From Chiloscyllium plagiosum (Eukaryota): 64,000 nt of DNA. The DNA is taken from NCBI RefSeq assembly GCF_004010195.1, contig NC_057748.1, positions 10,602,428 through 10,666,427 of the forward strand. The letters are read 5' to 3'. The notes beneath the pieces were generated by a model, which had not been told where the DNA came from, ran no database searches, and was given only the letters and a program-made list of their open reading frames with translations. Positions 1-23,599 of this stretch are shown piece after piece. The number at the start of each line of letters is the position of its first letter. Position 1 is the first letter of the stretch. The translations under genes and the position numbers were made by a program.

Positions 1-239
1 GGGTATATCAGGTGTAAAGTGCCAAAATAGGCTGTAGTTACAGCCCAGGAATAGATAAGTGATAACTATTAGGCAGAATATGTGGTTGTTGAGTGAAAGT
101 GGTAGTGAAAAAACAATAATAATCCCAATGCTCTGGAAAGGATTCCAGAGTTAGAGTGAGATGAGGAGGAACTGCCTGTTGAACAGATAATTTGAGTAAC
201 TCAAGTCACTATTGTTAGTGATAGGTGTTTCATTCAGAA

Positions 240-680
240 TCTATAGGATAGTCATACAACCCAGAAACAAACCATTTGCTCCAACTGGTCTATGCTGACC
301 AGAGCCTGATTAATCCAATCCCATTTACCAGCACTTGGCCCACATCGCTTCTTATTCATGTACCTAGTCAGATGCCTTTTAAAGGTTGTAATTTTAGCAG
401 CCTCCACTTCCTCTGGCAACTCATTCTATATGAAATCTGTGATTGTAAGTTGCCCCATAGACCCCTTTCCAATCCTTCCCACTTCTTGCTCTGAACTTTC
501 CCACCCAGTGAAAAATGACCTGATTATTCACACCACTGATTTAATAAGCCTCTAAGCAGCCCCAACCTGGTCAGCTTCTCCCTATAGCTCAAGCCCTCCA
601 ACATCAAATCTTTTCCTGAACCCTTTCAAGATTCACAACATCTTTCCTATGGGAAGGAGACCAGAATTGCCCACAATAGT
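240..680 (-). mobile_element. Degraded CR1 (HER1-like) LINE 3' fragment; paralogous copy near 15250-15725
   Basis: YCGQFWSP..RKDVVNLERVQ residues and similarity to the CR1 at 41950-42600. Confidence 0.75.
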
Positions 681-1338
681 CTGTAAGAGGGTTCTGTGGC
701 CTATCCAAAGCATCCCTGCAAAGGAGCAGCTCACTTCCTGAGATCAGTTCAGTAACCCTGTGCATTATGAATATGCAACAAGACGCTACAGCTGCTTTTA
801 AGGGTCTGGACAGAGCCTTCCCTCCCTCAGCACAATCAGGATTGGATTGTGCACTATTGTTTGCTGCAAATTCACTGTACAGAACTGACCTCTTCCTCAG
901 AGAGAGGATGGAAGACATCAGGGGCAAGACAGGATTGGGATATTGTTACAGAACAGGTGGGTGTAAATCTATTTTCTCCAAGAGAATGCTTGGAAAAGTA
1001 TTCCTAAATCAAAAATGGGTAAATGTTTGAGAACAGTTCATTTTGTCCTGTAATACAAAATTCAGGCTCACCTTTTCACCACGTGACCTCCCCATTGCTG
1101 AGGGGAAGGTCAGAATAAAACTGCCGTATCTTAAACCTGCCATGCTCATGGAACAGCTGCACTCGTGACTAAGGAATGGAAATTAAAAAGAAATCACAAA
1201 ACCCCCAATTAACAGCTCCAGTGTAATCACTATTGGAAGTGTAGACTAGAGATTTGGGAACAGATTCCAAACTGTCAGAAGATATGAACTGAAAATTAAA
1301 GCCACTGATTAGAGCAGAGTAGGAGAGATCAAATGATC

Positions 1339-1344
1339 TTTATT
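1339..1344 (-). terminator. Polyadenylation signal, copy A
   Basis: AATAAA about 100 nt after the stop; positionally conserved in all copies. Confidence 0.75.
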
Positions 1345-1440
1345 TCCCATTTGTTTCTTCAGTACAAGTTCCTGCTTTCTGGAGAAATTCTCCCAAGGAG
1401 TTGGATACAAAACAGGCAAAGACCACAGTCAAAGTCCCCA

Positions 1441-5927
<4,487 letters not shown>

Positions 5928-6001
5928 TTTCCCAACAAAACCTTCTAACCAACACACACTAAACCCCACACCAACTATATCCAAATCCCCTCTCCCATCG
6001 A

Positions 6002-6190
6002 TTTTATACCCCAGGAATTAAGCTGTAATTCAATGACATCATCAATGATGACCAATCACTCTTGTTAATCAATTGATCAGTTGCCATGTCCAATCAGATT
6101 TGAATAAGCCCAGGATGACATTTTAGAACTCAGGAACCAATCAGAATCAACAACTCATCGATGATGGAATTGCTGATGGACCTTTGACCT
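6002..6190 (-). promoter_or_regulatory. Copy A proximal promoter (TATA, TGACATCA, 3x CCAAT, GTTAATCAAT, DR1)
   Basis: TATAAAA at 6002-6008; three ccaatca boxes; AGGTCAAAGGTCCA at 6177-6190; the same module order precedes every exon 1. Confidence 0.75.
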
Positions 6191-6191
6191 C

Positions 6192-7577
6192 CTTCTCAAA
6201 GGCAAATTCAGAAAGGGTCTGAACTGGAAATGACAGGAAAATAGACACTTATGTAAACATACTCTAACTCCTCATTTTGACACCATGTGGGGCAGTATAT
6301 GAAGAGAAGCCTGAAGCCAATTGGCAGAGTTATATTGGTTTGTAACTCTGAGGAGCATATTTACCTAATAATCCAACAGCAGTGTTGGCAGACCAATGGA
6401 AAATAGAGCATCATTTTCAGGAAGGTTTTCAGTTGGTATAAAGCAACAGAAATAGTATGTTTTTGGGTCACCCAACAGAGGCAACTGATGATAAATGGAC
6501 AAATGATGGAACCTTCTGTGATTACCTCGCAGATTTCACAAGACACAGGAAGCTCTATTTATAAACCAAACCCCAGTGACCTGAATATCTCAGCGATGTC
6601 TATGTCTAATCATCCTTGAATTAATTGTTGAAATCATGATGGTGCCCACCATTGTATTATATCCATATTGAGTTATTCATGGTGTTAAGGATAACCAGGG
6701 AGTTTGTGATGAAGCATTTTCTGGCAGGTGCACATCAAATTACATTGAGTGAATAGCACAGAAACTGGCCATTCAGCCCAATTCCTCCATGCCGATGTGC
6801 ACATTGAGACAATATTGGCTCTAATGGGAGGGGGCAGGAAGAAGATGGGAGATGGGCTGGTTCAGTTAGACAGGGGGCTACCTGCTTCTCAAAGGCAAAT
6901 TCAGAAAGGGTCTGAACTGGAAATGACAGGAAAATAGGCACTTATGTAAACATACTCTAACTCCTCATTTTGACACCATGTGGGGCAGTATATGAAGAGA
7001 AGCCTGAAGCCAATTGGCAGAGTTATATTGGTTTGTAACTCTGAGGAGCATATTTACCTAATAATCCAACAGCAGTGTTGGCAGATCAATGGAAAATAGA
7101 GCATTATTTTCAGGAAGGTTTTCAGTTGGTATAAAGCAACAGAAATAGTATGTTTTTGGGTCACCCAATAGAGGCAACTGATGACAAATGGACAAATGAT
7201 GGAACCTTCTGTGACTACCTCGCAGATTTCACAAGACACAGGAAGCTCTATTTATAAACCAAACCCCAGTGACCTGAATATCTCAGCGATGTCTATGTCT
7301 AATCATCCTTGAATTAATTGTTGGAACCACGATGGTGCCCACCATTGTATTATATCCATATTGAGTTATTCATGGTGTTAAGGATAACCAGGGAGTTTGT
7401 GATGAAGCATTTTCTGGCAGGTGCACATCAAATTACATTGAGTGAATAGCACAGAAACTGGCCATTCAGCCCAATTCCTCCATGCCGATGTGCACATTGA
7501 CACAATATTGGCTCTAATGGGAGGGGGCAGGAAGAAGATGGGAGATGGGCTGGTTCAGTTAGACAGGGGGCTACCTG
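6192..7577. repeat. 693-bp near-identical tandem duplication upstream of copy A
   Basis: cttctcaaaggcaaattcagaaagg restarts at 6192 and 6885; paired ORFs 6361/7054 are offset by 693. Confidence 0.92.
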
Positions 7578-8982
7578 GGTGATAGCAGTGAGGAGCCCAC
7601 AGCATGGTTCCAAACCCTGTCCCGGCCGTGGGAATTCATGGAGCTCCTATCTCCTCAGGCTGGTGGAGAGGTTACTCTCAAACCCCACACTAATTCTCTC
7701 TCTCTCCCTCACATGGAGAAAAGAGATGCCTGTGACCTTTTGTAGATTGCAGCTGCTGACCTTATCCAGGGTCAGGATCAGTTCAGAAATTGTTTGAACT
7801 CAGTTTCTCAAATATTGTTGGTGTGAAATTATAGACTGAGCTTTACCAGGCTGGGACTGGCAGGGTCAAAGGTCAGTACAGCAGGAGTGGAGTGCAGCTT
7901 TGGAGTTGGGTTTTATAATTGGCCAGTCCTCACTGCTGACACCATCTTCTTCCGGAGCTGACATGGGATGGAGAGATGGTTTTGGTCAATTTGCTGTGAT
8001 CATTTCTTCTTTCTGGTATCAGTGGAGTTACTGAGACTGTGTGGGGGAACCCCTTCCTTCTACCTCGAGCAGGAGCTAGGTAGGGGCAGGGGGGAGGGTG
8101 AAGGTGTTGGAATAACATGGCAGAAATACTTATTGCCCTATCTCCCTCGTACATTGCTCCTAATGGGATTGTGGAACAGGTAAAGTATTTTAATATAATT
8201 GAAGCTCCCATTGGGATCAGTGTGCTTGAGCTGCAGGATCTATTGACCCAATTGGTCCGTTGCAGAGGAGACCATTCAGCCCATCATCTGTGCNNNNNNN
8301 NNNNNNNNNNNNNNNNNNNNNNNNNNNNNNNNNNNNNNNNNNNNNNNNNNNNNNNNNNNNNNNNNNNNNNNNNNNNNNNNNNNNNNNNNNNNNNNNNNNN
8401 NNNNNNNNNNNNNNNNNNNNNNNNNNNNNNNNNNNNNNNNNNNNNNNNNNNNNNNNNNNNNNNNNNNNNNNNNNNNNNNNNNNNNNNNNNNNNNNNNNNN
8501 NNNNNNNNNNNNNNNNNNNNNNNNNNNNNNNNNNNNNNNNNNNNNNNNNNNNNNNNNNNNNNNNNNNNNNNNNNNNNNNNNNNNNNNNNNNNNNNNNNNN
8601 NNNNNNNNNNNNNNNNNNNNNNNNNNNNNNNNNNNNNNNNNNNNNNNNNNNNNNNNNNNNNNNNNNNNNNNNNNNNNNNNNNNNNNNNNNNNNNNNNNNN
8701 NNNNNNNNNNNNNNNNNNNNNNNNNNNNNNNNNNNNNNNNNNNNNNNNNNNNNNNNNNNNNNNNNNNNNNNNNNNNNNNNNNNNNNNNNNNNNACACTGC
8801 CAGATCTAATCAGTTTCACCAGCAGTTTGTCTTTGTTGCAGTTCTTTTGAGATGGATGCAAGGTCAGTTGTATCAACATTAAGGAGTACTGAATGTTGAA
8901 CAGTCAGGATTCCTGCTTCCAGGGACACTGAAGTGTTGCCCTGAGGGTCAGGCAGTGATGAGAATGAGGTGGTGAAGCTTAC

Positions 8983-11868
8983 ATGAGGGTCAGTCTGGGC
9001 TGTGGCGAGTTGGTGTAGATCCAGCAAACTCTGGTTCACATTCTTCTCCAGATCCAGGGCAACCTGCATTGCCTGCAGACCGTTACCCCACTCATCCCTC
9101 TCTGGCTTCTGAAACATGGAAACAAAGGACAGTTAAGGACCAGGACAGAACAATTACCAGCTATTGGAGGTCACCTTGCCCACTTGTACTCAAACTGGAT
9201 GTTCAAGGAATGATTTTCTGATCAGTTGGATTATGAGATAGCATAAACATCCCCCTGTAAGTTAGGGTACATTATTCTGTGTATAATCTTTGCCAGTACA
9301 GAGAGATCAGACAGGCAAAGCTCCTCTTTCAGGTGAAAATCCTACCACTGATTTGAAGCCACATTGAGAGCCATTTCTCTCCAACCATACACCCCCCAAC
9401 ATTCCCATCTTGACATCCTGGAGGAGGACTCTGCCTCCACGCTGATTCTGGAATTTCAGCAGCTTCTCTGCATGTTCCTGCTTCTCCTGGGACTGAGCTT
9501 TGAAGAATTGGGAGAAATGGTGCAGGGCAACATCATCCCGGTCAAAGTACGACATCTGAAAGAGAACCATTTATATCCCATTAGCACATCACTGGGCCCA
9601 ATTGTACATCTCAAAGCCAGAAGCAGCCCTTTCCCAGCTGCTCTCTGATCAGACCACACTCAGCAGGAAATCTTTTCTATTTCCTCAGGGAAATTGAACA
9701 GTCTCTCACCTAATGTCCTGTTCAATGAAAGGTTAGCCATTAGGTAGATGAACTGAAATCCAATATAGAACTTGCAGAAGTGATAGCTTTCATGGCAAAG
9801 TGAAGTTTTAGTCTCATACCTCCATGTTATATTGAATGTACCATTTTAACTAAAATTGTGAAATTACGTGTAGCCAGGAAACAACAGACCACTGGAAAAG
9901 AAATAGATTGGGAAAGGATGGTTAGGACCTTCATAAATACTACAGGAGAGAAATGAAATATTCATCTTTCTCCTGGGGAAAACCAGGAGGGGTTTAGGAA
10001 GGCAGGAAATGGTATTCAAAACAAGAATTCTAACAGTAACCAACATTTTTACATTCCATTCAAACTACAAGTCACCCAAGTATTTGTAACAAGGAAAAGT
10101 CTAGATATATATCTGGGATCAGAAAGGGATTGTGCAGCAAGATTAAACCCAACTGGGTGATTAATGAGGCTTTTGTCTTTAAATACAAGATAGGAGGAGA
10201 GATTTGGCCATTGTCCTATCCAAACATGGCCAACAGGTTCTTGAATATCAAGAGGATCAAAGTTTGAGAAAGCAGGAGAATAAGGTTGAGAAACAAGTCT
10301 TCTGTAGCAGTGAATTCTAAAAGATTCACTTCTGACAAAAGTAGTTTCTCATCTGTACAAAAAAAGTCTCCCTTTAAACTGCACCCTTGGGCCCTGATCT
10401 CTGCAAACAGAATAATCTTTGCAGTGTCTAACATTGGGATGATGGTTCCATTAAGAGACCAGGACCCAAAGGCACAGCTTTAGAGTGTAGACATTAATCC
10501 ACTAGATGTCACCATTCACCAAACCCAATCCACCTCACTGTACTGAGTCAGTCCATGACCCACTTCCCTGGGAAAGGCAACAAGCCCAAATTGTGTCCAG
10601 ACAATGAATGTTATGACTAACCCAGAGAAGATTTACAGCTCTGATCAATTATCTATCCCACAGCCCAATGAAGGTACAGTCAACAATTCAAGCTTGTGTT
10701 ACTACTTCAGACAAGTAATCAACTAGAAGAAACCAATATAATATTGTTTTAGACCAAAATGGTTGAAGTGGGCAAAAAAAAGTGTTAAGGAAGAGATGAA
10801 CATCAGCACAGAAGGAAACCACTCCATCCATCCATCACATCTAACAGGACTCTGATCACATTCCATTTCCTTATGGAGAAAGGTATTCACTTCATAAAAC
10901 AGGTGCCTTTTAAGTTATAGTATTTTATTTATAACCTTCCTATCCATAGGCACTAGGAGTCCAGCTCTCTACAGTAGCTTATGAAACAGACTGGAGCTGA
11001 CTAACTAAACAAGCCACAAGCATTTCATATTTGCACATTATACCCATTTATATTTGAAGCACCAGGAGAACCCAATAACTGAACAGGCCCTAATTTAAAT
11101 TAGAAGTCTTTAGTGGTGTTTCCCCTCAGCACCAACTGCCCTCAGCTTTAGGGCTTCCCTCAACAGTCCCAGACCTTGGAATACCATCTACAAGACAGTC
11201 AGGGTCAACTCCTTGACCTGGAAGTCAAGGTTTCAGGCAGACCAACAGCCTTTTTCACTGAGGTGGCCCTCCAGTGAAAGTCTGTTTCTCAGTGTGCATC
11301 CTCAGGAACAAACCAGGGAGTGGAGAGCTAGTCAGGACAAGCCTCAAAAAAAAAAAACAAACTTTTCTCCATGCTTCTTTTACAAAGGTACATTTCAGAA
11401 GAAGATTGAGAGAGTCTGTACAGACCCCTCAGCTGCTTCAAATAGCACTCAGACACACCAGGCACATGAAAGGTCTCAGGCATTATCATTCTCATCAACA
11501 GCCAAGCCATATCTTGGTGCTGATTGGAAAGTTCTCATAAGGAGTCATTCCATCAAATGACATGGATAGACTGCTTGGGGAACCACATCACAGGATCCAA
11601 CTTTTCCAAGGACAGGAAATGTTGACTACTTCCTGATGGACTCATGGTCAAAGGAGTTTTTCCTTAACCATTTCACTACAAGGGGCAAGAGATAAAGAAC
11701 AGTCCAGCTACTTGGAGCATTCCAGTTTCACAAATAGATGTCACTTTAAACCAAAACAACACTCACCAAAGACTGATAGAGGTAGGAGGCAGTGAGCTCC
11801 AGGTTAACCTGTTTGTTAACAGCAGCTTCACAATCCTGGTGATAGTTTTGACAAACCTGGGAAGCCAT
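8983..11868 (-). CDS. Ferritin copy B (exons 11767-11868, 9409-9555, 8983-9108; exon 4 presumably in gap 8294-8793); intron-2 donor mutated, possible pseudogene
   Basis: Exons 1-3 are open and near-identical to copy A. The donor after exon 2 reads AAG|ATGGGA instead of AAG|GTGGGA (plus-strand t at 9408). Confidence 0.85.
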
Positions 11869-11945
11869 TTTACCAATAGAACCTTTTACCAAACTACCAC
11901 CAACAAACACACACCAACTGTATCCAAATCCCCTCTCCCATTGAC

Positions 11946-12133
11946 TTTATACCCCAGGAATTAAGCTGTAATTCAATGACATCATCAATGATGACCAATC
12001 ACTCTTGTTAATCAATTGATCAGCAGCCACATCCAATCAGATTTGAATAAGCCCAGGATGATATTTTGGAACTCAGGAACCAATCAGAATCAACAACTCA
12101 TTGATGATGGAATTGCTGATGGACCTTTGACCT
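11946..12133 (-). promoter_or_regulatory. Copy B proximal promoter module
   Basis: TATAAA 11946-11951, three CCAAT boxes, DR1 12120-12133. Confidence 0.72.
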
Positions 12134-12510
12134 TCTTCTCAAAGGCAAATTCAGAAAGGGTCTGAACTGGAAATGACAGGAAAATAGACACTTATGTAAA
12201 CATGCTCTAACTCCTCATTTTGACACCATGTGGGGCAGTATATGAAGAGAAGCCTGAAGCCAATTGGCAGAGTTATATTGGTTTGTAACTCTGAGGAGCA
12301 TATTCCCTTAACATTCCAATAGTAGTGTTGGCAGACCATGGAAAATAGAGCATCATTTTCAGGAAACAGTTTTCAATTGGTATAAAGCAACAGAAATAGT
12401 ATGTTTATGGGTCACCCAACAGAGGCAACTGATGATAAATGGACAAATGATGGAACCTTCTGTGATTACCTTGCAGATTTCACAAGACACAGGAAGCCGC
12501 ATTTATAAAC

Positions 12511-12877
12511 CTAAGTCTATTTATAGGCTATTATTTCTAGATTATTTAAAGTCTATTTATAATAGACTCTTCCCCAGGGCAGGTTTGATGGGTACGAGGG
12601 GTCATAGTTTTAAGATACTAAGGGAAAGGTATAAAGGAGACGTTAGAGGTAGGTTCTTTACGCAGAGAGTTGTGAATGCATGGAATGCGTTGCCAGCTGT
12701 GGTGGTGGCAGCAGAGTCATTAGGGACAATTAAGCGACTGCTGGACATGCACATGGATAGCAGTGTTTGAGGGGTGCGTAGGTTAAGTTATTATATTTTA
12801 CATTAGGATTCAACCTCGGCACAACATCGTGGGCCAAAGGGCCTGTTCTGTGCTGTACTTTTCTAGGTTCTATGTTC
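12511..12877 (+). mobile_element. 5'-truncated CR1 insertion specific to the copy B upstream region
   Basis: TRGHSFKI...RGRFFTQRVVNAWNALP, ttctatgttc tail, taaacc duplication; absent from the copy A homologue. Confidence 0.9.
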
Positions 12878-13513
12878 TAAACCAAACCCCAGTCACCTGA
12901 GTATCTCAGCGATGTTTATGTCTATGTCTAATCATCCTCGAACTAGTTACTGGAATCATGTTGGTGCCCACCATTGTATTATATCCATATTGAGTTATTC
13001 ATGGTGTTAAGGATAACCAGAGAGTTTGTGATGAGGTATTTTCTGGCAGGTGCACATCAAATTACATCAAGTGAACAGCACAGAAACTGGCCATTCAGCC
13101 CAATTGCTCTGTGCTGATGTGCACATTGAGACAATATCGTCTCTAATGGGAGCGGGGAGAGAAGAAAAGCTGGTTTAGTTCAACAGGGGTCTAACTCCCC
13201 GGTCCCTGCCATGAAATTCATGGAGCTCCTATCTCCCCAGGCTGGTGGAGCAGTTACTCTCAAACCCCACACTAATTCTCTCTCTCTCTCAAAGAAAAGA
13301 GATGCCTGTGACCTTTTGTAGATTGCAGCTGCTGCCCTTGTCCAGGGTCAGGATCAGTTCAGAAATTGTTTGAACTCAGTTTCTCAAATATTGTTGGTGT
13401 GAAATTATACACTGTGCTTTACCAGGCGAGGACTGGCAGGGTCAAAGGTCAGTACAGCAGGAGTGCACTGTGGGTTTGGAGTTGGGTTTTATAATTGGCC
13501 AGTCCTCACTGCT

Positions 13514-13646
13514 TTATTCCTGATGAAGGGCTTTTGTCCGAAACATCGATTTCGCTGCTCCTTGGATGCTGCCTGAACTGCTGTGCTCTTCCAGCACCAC
13601 TAATCCAGAATCTGGTTTCCAGCATCTGCAGTCATTGTTTTTACCT
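13514..13646 (+). mobile_element. Short Penelope-derived element with a minimal hammerhead ribozyme motif
   Basis: 14-bp TSD cagtcctcactgct; CTGATGA-A-GGGC-TTTT-GTCC-GAAAC at 13520-13544; absent from the copy A homologue. Confidence 0.8.
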
Positions 13647-14076
13647 CAGTCCTCACTGCTGTCACCACCTTCTACCTGAGCTGACATGGGATGGATAGAT
13701 GGCTTTGGTCAATTTGCCGGGCCCATTTCTTCTTTCTGATATCTGTGGAGTTACTGCTTCTGTGTGGGGGAACCCCTTCCTTCTACCTCGAGCAGGAGTT
13801 AGGTCGGCGAAGGTGTTGGAATAACATGGCAGAAATACTTATTGCCCTGGTACATTGCTACTACTGGAATTTTCACATAATTGAAACTCTTATTGGGATA
13901 TCAGTGTGCTTGGGCTGCAGGATCTTTTGACTCAATTAATACATGGCAGATGAGACCATTCGTCCCATGCTCTTTGCCAACTTCTTTCACAAGTTTGAAC
14001 CCACAACCCCAGACATTGCAAAGGAAGATTTTATTCTAATGGAATTTACTTTTACTGGCAGACCAGTCAGTAATGG

Positions 14077-14206
14077 GGAGAAAGTGAGGACTGCAGATGC
14101 TGGAGATCAGAGCTGAAAATGTGTTGCTGGAAAAGCGCAGCAGGTCAGGCAGCATCCAGGGAACAGGAGAATCGATGTTTCGGGCATAAGCCCTTCTTCA
14201 GGAATG
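14077..14206 (-). mobile_element. Short Penelope-derived element with a hammerhead motif
   Basis: 12-bp TSD agtcagtaatgg; minus strand CTGAAGA-A-GGGC-TTAT-GCCC-GAAAC. Confidence 0.8.
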
Positions 14207-14542
14207 AGTCAGTAATGGAGCAATGTATCCAATTCAGGACAGTCAGACAATGGGAGTGTACTCAGCATCGTCTGGGCAAAAGTGAAAATGTTATTGTTTC
14301 AAACCATTTATTATGATGTTCTCAGTGGCCCCTGCCTACAATGAGCTGGTGGGGTATTTCAGATGCAAGATAGACTGTAACTACAGCCTAGGAATAGATA
14401 AATGTTAGGCAGAACATGTGGTTGTTGAGTGAAAATGGTAGTAGTCGTGAAAGAAACAATAATAACTGTCCCAATGCACTGGGAAGGATTCCTGAGTTAG
14501 AGTAAGATGAGGAGGAATTGCCTGTTGAACAGATGATGAGTA

Positions 14543-15208
14543 CCAAAAGAGAAAATGCTGGAAAATCTCAGCAGGTCTGGCAGCATCCGTAAGGAGAGAA
14601 AAGAGCTGATGTTGAGTCTAACTGACCCTTCGTCAAAGCTAAAAGAAGGGAGAAATAGGGAGATATTTATACTAGGCTGAGAGAAGGGGAGTCATGGCTC
14701 CCGAAGCAAAGGTAGCAATAAAGTGGTGATAATGAGAGTGCATAGAGAGATTAGGAGCTGTGAATGACCAAGGCTGAAACCAGTGCTTTGTGTCAAAATG
14801 TGTGGGGGGGGGGGAAGAGAGATGAAACAGAGAAGGGTAACAAAAGGGGAAGAGGAGAAGAAAAAGGAGAGAGAGTGGGGAGCGAGAGAAAGAGAGACAG
14901 ACAATCAAGAAATAAGAGGTACAGAACAGTGTTAAAAAAAAAGTAAAATTACGGAGCAGAATGAAAACAGAGGAGTCGAGGTGAGATAATCACCTGAAGT
15001 TGTTGAATTCAATGTTGAGACTGGCAGGCTGGAACGTGCCTGGTCGGGAGAGGGGATGTTGTTCCTCCAGTTTGCGGGAGAGGGGATGTTGTTCCTCCAG
15101 TTTGCGTTGAGCTTCACTGGAACATTGCAGCAGGCCAAGGACAGACATGTGGGCACGGGGGCAGGATTGTGTTGAAGTGACAAGCCACAGGAAGGTCCAG
15201 GACCTGCT
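14543..15208 (-). mobile_element. Penelope-like element 3' fragment
   Basis: SVLGLLQCSSEAQRKLEEQH (GIY-YIG C-terminal region, 30-bp internal duplication), pyrimidine-rich UTR and a degenerate hammerhead; absent from the copy A flank. Confidence 0.75.
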
Positions 15209-15818
15209 GTCACTATTGTTAGCGATGTGTGTTTCATGCAGGATCTATAGAGAATGCTAGTATTGTGGTAAAGTAAGTAGATGTACAGGCCAGAAGCAAG
15301 CCATTCAGTCCAACTGGTCTATGCTGACCAGGCAACCTAAATAAATCCAGTCCCATTTACCAGCACTTGGCCCACATCCCTTCTTATTCATGTACCTAGT
15401 CAGATGCCTTTTAAATGTTGTAATTGTAGCAGCCTCCACTTCCTCTAGCAACTCATTCCATACACTGATCTGTGATGGATAGTTGCCCCATGGGTCCCTT
15501 TCAAATCTTTCCCCTCTCACCCTAGATCTATATGCTCTAGTTCTGGACTCTCACCCTGAGAAAATGACTAGACTATTCAAACTGCTCATGATTTTGTAAA
15601 TCTCAGACAGCCTCAGTCTATTGGCATCTCACCATAGCTCAAGCCCTCCAACATCCTCAAATCTTATCCTGAACTTGAGAGTTTCACAACATCCTTCCTA
15701 TGGAAAGGAGACCAGAATTACCCACAGTCTGTAAGAGGTTTCTGTGGCCTATCCATACCAGCCCTGCAAAGGAGCAGCTCACTTCCTGGGAACAGTTCAG
15801 TAACCCTGTGCATTATGA

Positions 15819-15952
15819 ATGAGAAAGTGAGGACTGCAGATGCTGGAGATCAGAGGTTAAAGATGTGTTGCTGGAAAAGCACATCAGGTCTGGCAGCAAA
15901 GGAGAAGAGGGTGGGGGGGGAAAAAAAATGTTTCAGGCATAAACCCTTCAGG
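15819..15952 (-). mobile_element. Short Penelope-derived element
   Basis: Same head as 14077 (aaagtgaggactgcagatgctggagatcag); atgaat duplication. Confidence 0.75.
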
Positions 15953-16529
15953 ATGAATATGAAACCACAGCCTAAAGCTGCTTCTCAGGGTCTGAATAGA
16001 GCCTTCCCTCCCCCACTCTAGAGGATTCAGAATTGGATTGTAAACTATTATTTGTTGCAAATTCACTGTACACAACTGACGTCTTCCTCAGCAAGAGGAC
16101 AGAAAACCTCGGGGCAAGATAGCATTGGGGGGGTATTGTTACAGAACAGGTGGGTGTAATCTAAAGAAAAATGCCATTCCCAAATCAAATGGGTGACTGA
16201 GGCATTGTATGTGGGGTGGGCACAGTACATTTTGTCCTGTAATACAAAATTCAGGCTCAGCTTTCACCATCAGACCTCCCCTTTGCAGAGGGAATGTCTG
16301 ATTAAAACTGCAGTATCTTACACCCACTGTGCTCCTGGAAGAGCTACTTCTGCAACTTGCAGAAATGGAATAGAAGCACAAATCCAGCCCACCCCAAAAA
16401 AGTCAAGAGCTCCAGCGTAGTCACTCTTGGAGTTGGATAGGCCAGAGATTCTGGAACAGATTCCAATCCTTTGGAAGAAACTGAAAATTAAAGCCACTGA
16501 TTAGAACAGAACGAGGGACATCAGTGATC

Positions 16530-16535
16530 TTTATT
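16530..16535 (-). terminator. Polyadenylation signal, copy C
   Basis: AATAAA about 100 nt after the stop. Confidence 0.75.
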
Positions 16536-16634
16536 TCCCATTCGTTTCTTCAGTACAAGTTCTTGCTTTCTGGAGAAATTCTCCCAATGAGTTGGATACA
16601 AACAGACAAAGACTGCAGTCAGTCAAAGGCCCCA

Positions 16635-22873
<6,239 letters not shown>

Positions 22874-22967
22874 TTAGCCAAAGTAGACACCAAAACACAC
22901 AAGCACCTCTCTCAAAAATAAATCTAACACCAACTACAACCAATAACCCATTGCCATGGAACTTGAA

Positions 22968-23144
22968 TTTATACCCCTGGAATTAAGCAGCAATTCAATG
23001 ACATCATCAGTGATAGCCAATCACTCCTGTTCATTAATCATTCAGCTGCCATGCCCAATCAGGTTCCAGTCAGCACAGGATGTGATTTGGACCCAGGAAC
23101 CAATCAGAATCAACAATGAGAAATTGCTGATTGACCTTTGATCT
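22968..23144 (-). promoter_or_regulatory. Promoter module of the distal exon 1 of copy C
   Basis: TATAAA 22968-22973, TGACATCA, three CCAAT boxes, tgacctttgatct 23132-23144. Confidence 0.72.
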
Positions 23145-23599
23145 CCTTCTCAAGTGCAAACTGTGAAAATGTTTGAACTGAAAATAACAATAAAAATACT
23201 TAATGATAATACTTTTTGATTTTGTTGATTTATTATTGTCACACATACTGAGATACAGTGAAAACTATTGTACTGTGTGCTGCCCAAACAAATCGTACCT
23301 TACACAAATACATCAGGGGAATAGAATAGAATGCAGATATAATGTTCGAGCTACAGAGAAGGTGCAGAGAAAGATCAATTCTAATGTATAAGAGGTTTGT
23401 TCATAATATCAACAGCTGGGAAGATGCTGTTCTTAAATCTGTTGATGTGGGGTTTCAAATTTTTGTATCTTCAGCCTGAAAGAAGAGGGTGGAAGAGAGT
23501 ATAACTGGGGTAGGAAGCATTTATGATCTTGTTGGCTGCTTTCCTGAGGCAAGTATAGATGGAGTCAGTGGATGGAAGGCTGGTTTTCATGATGGACTG

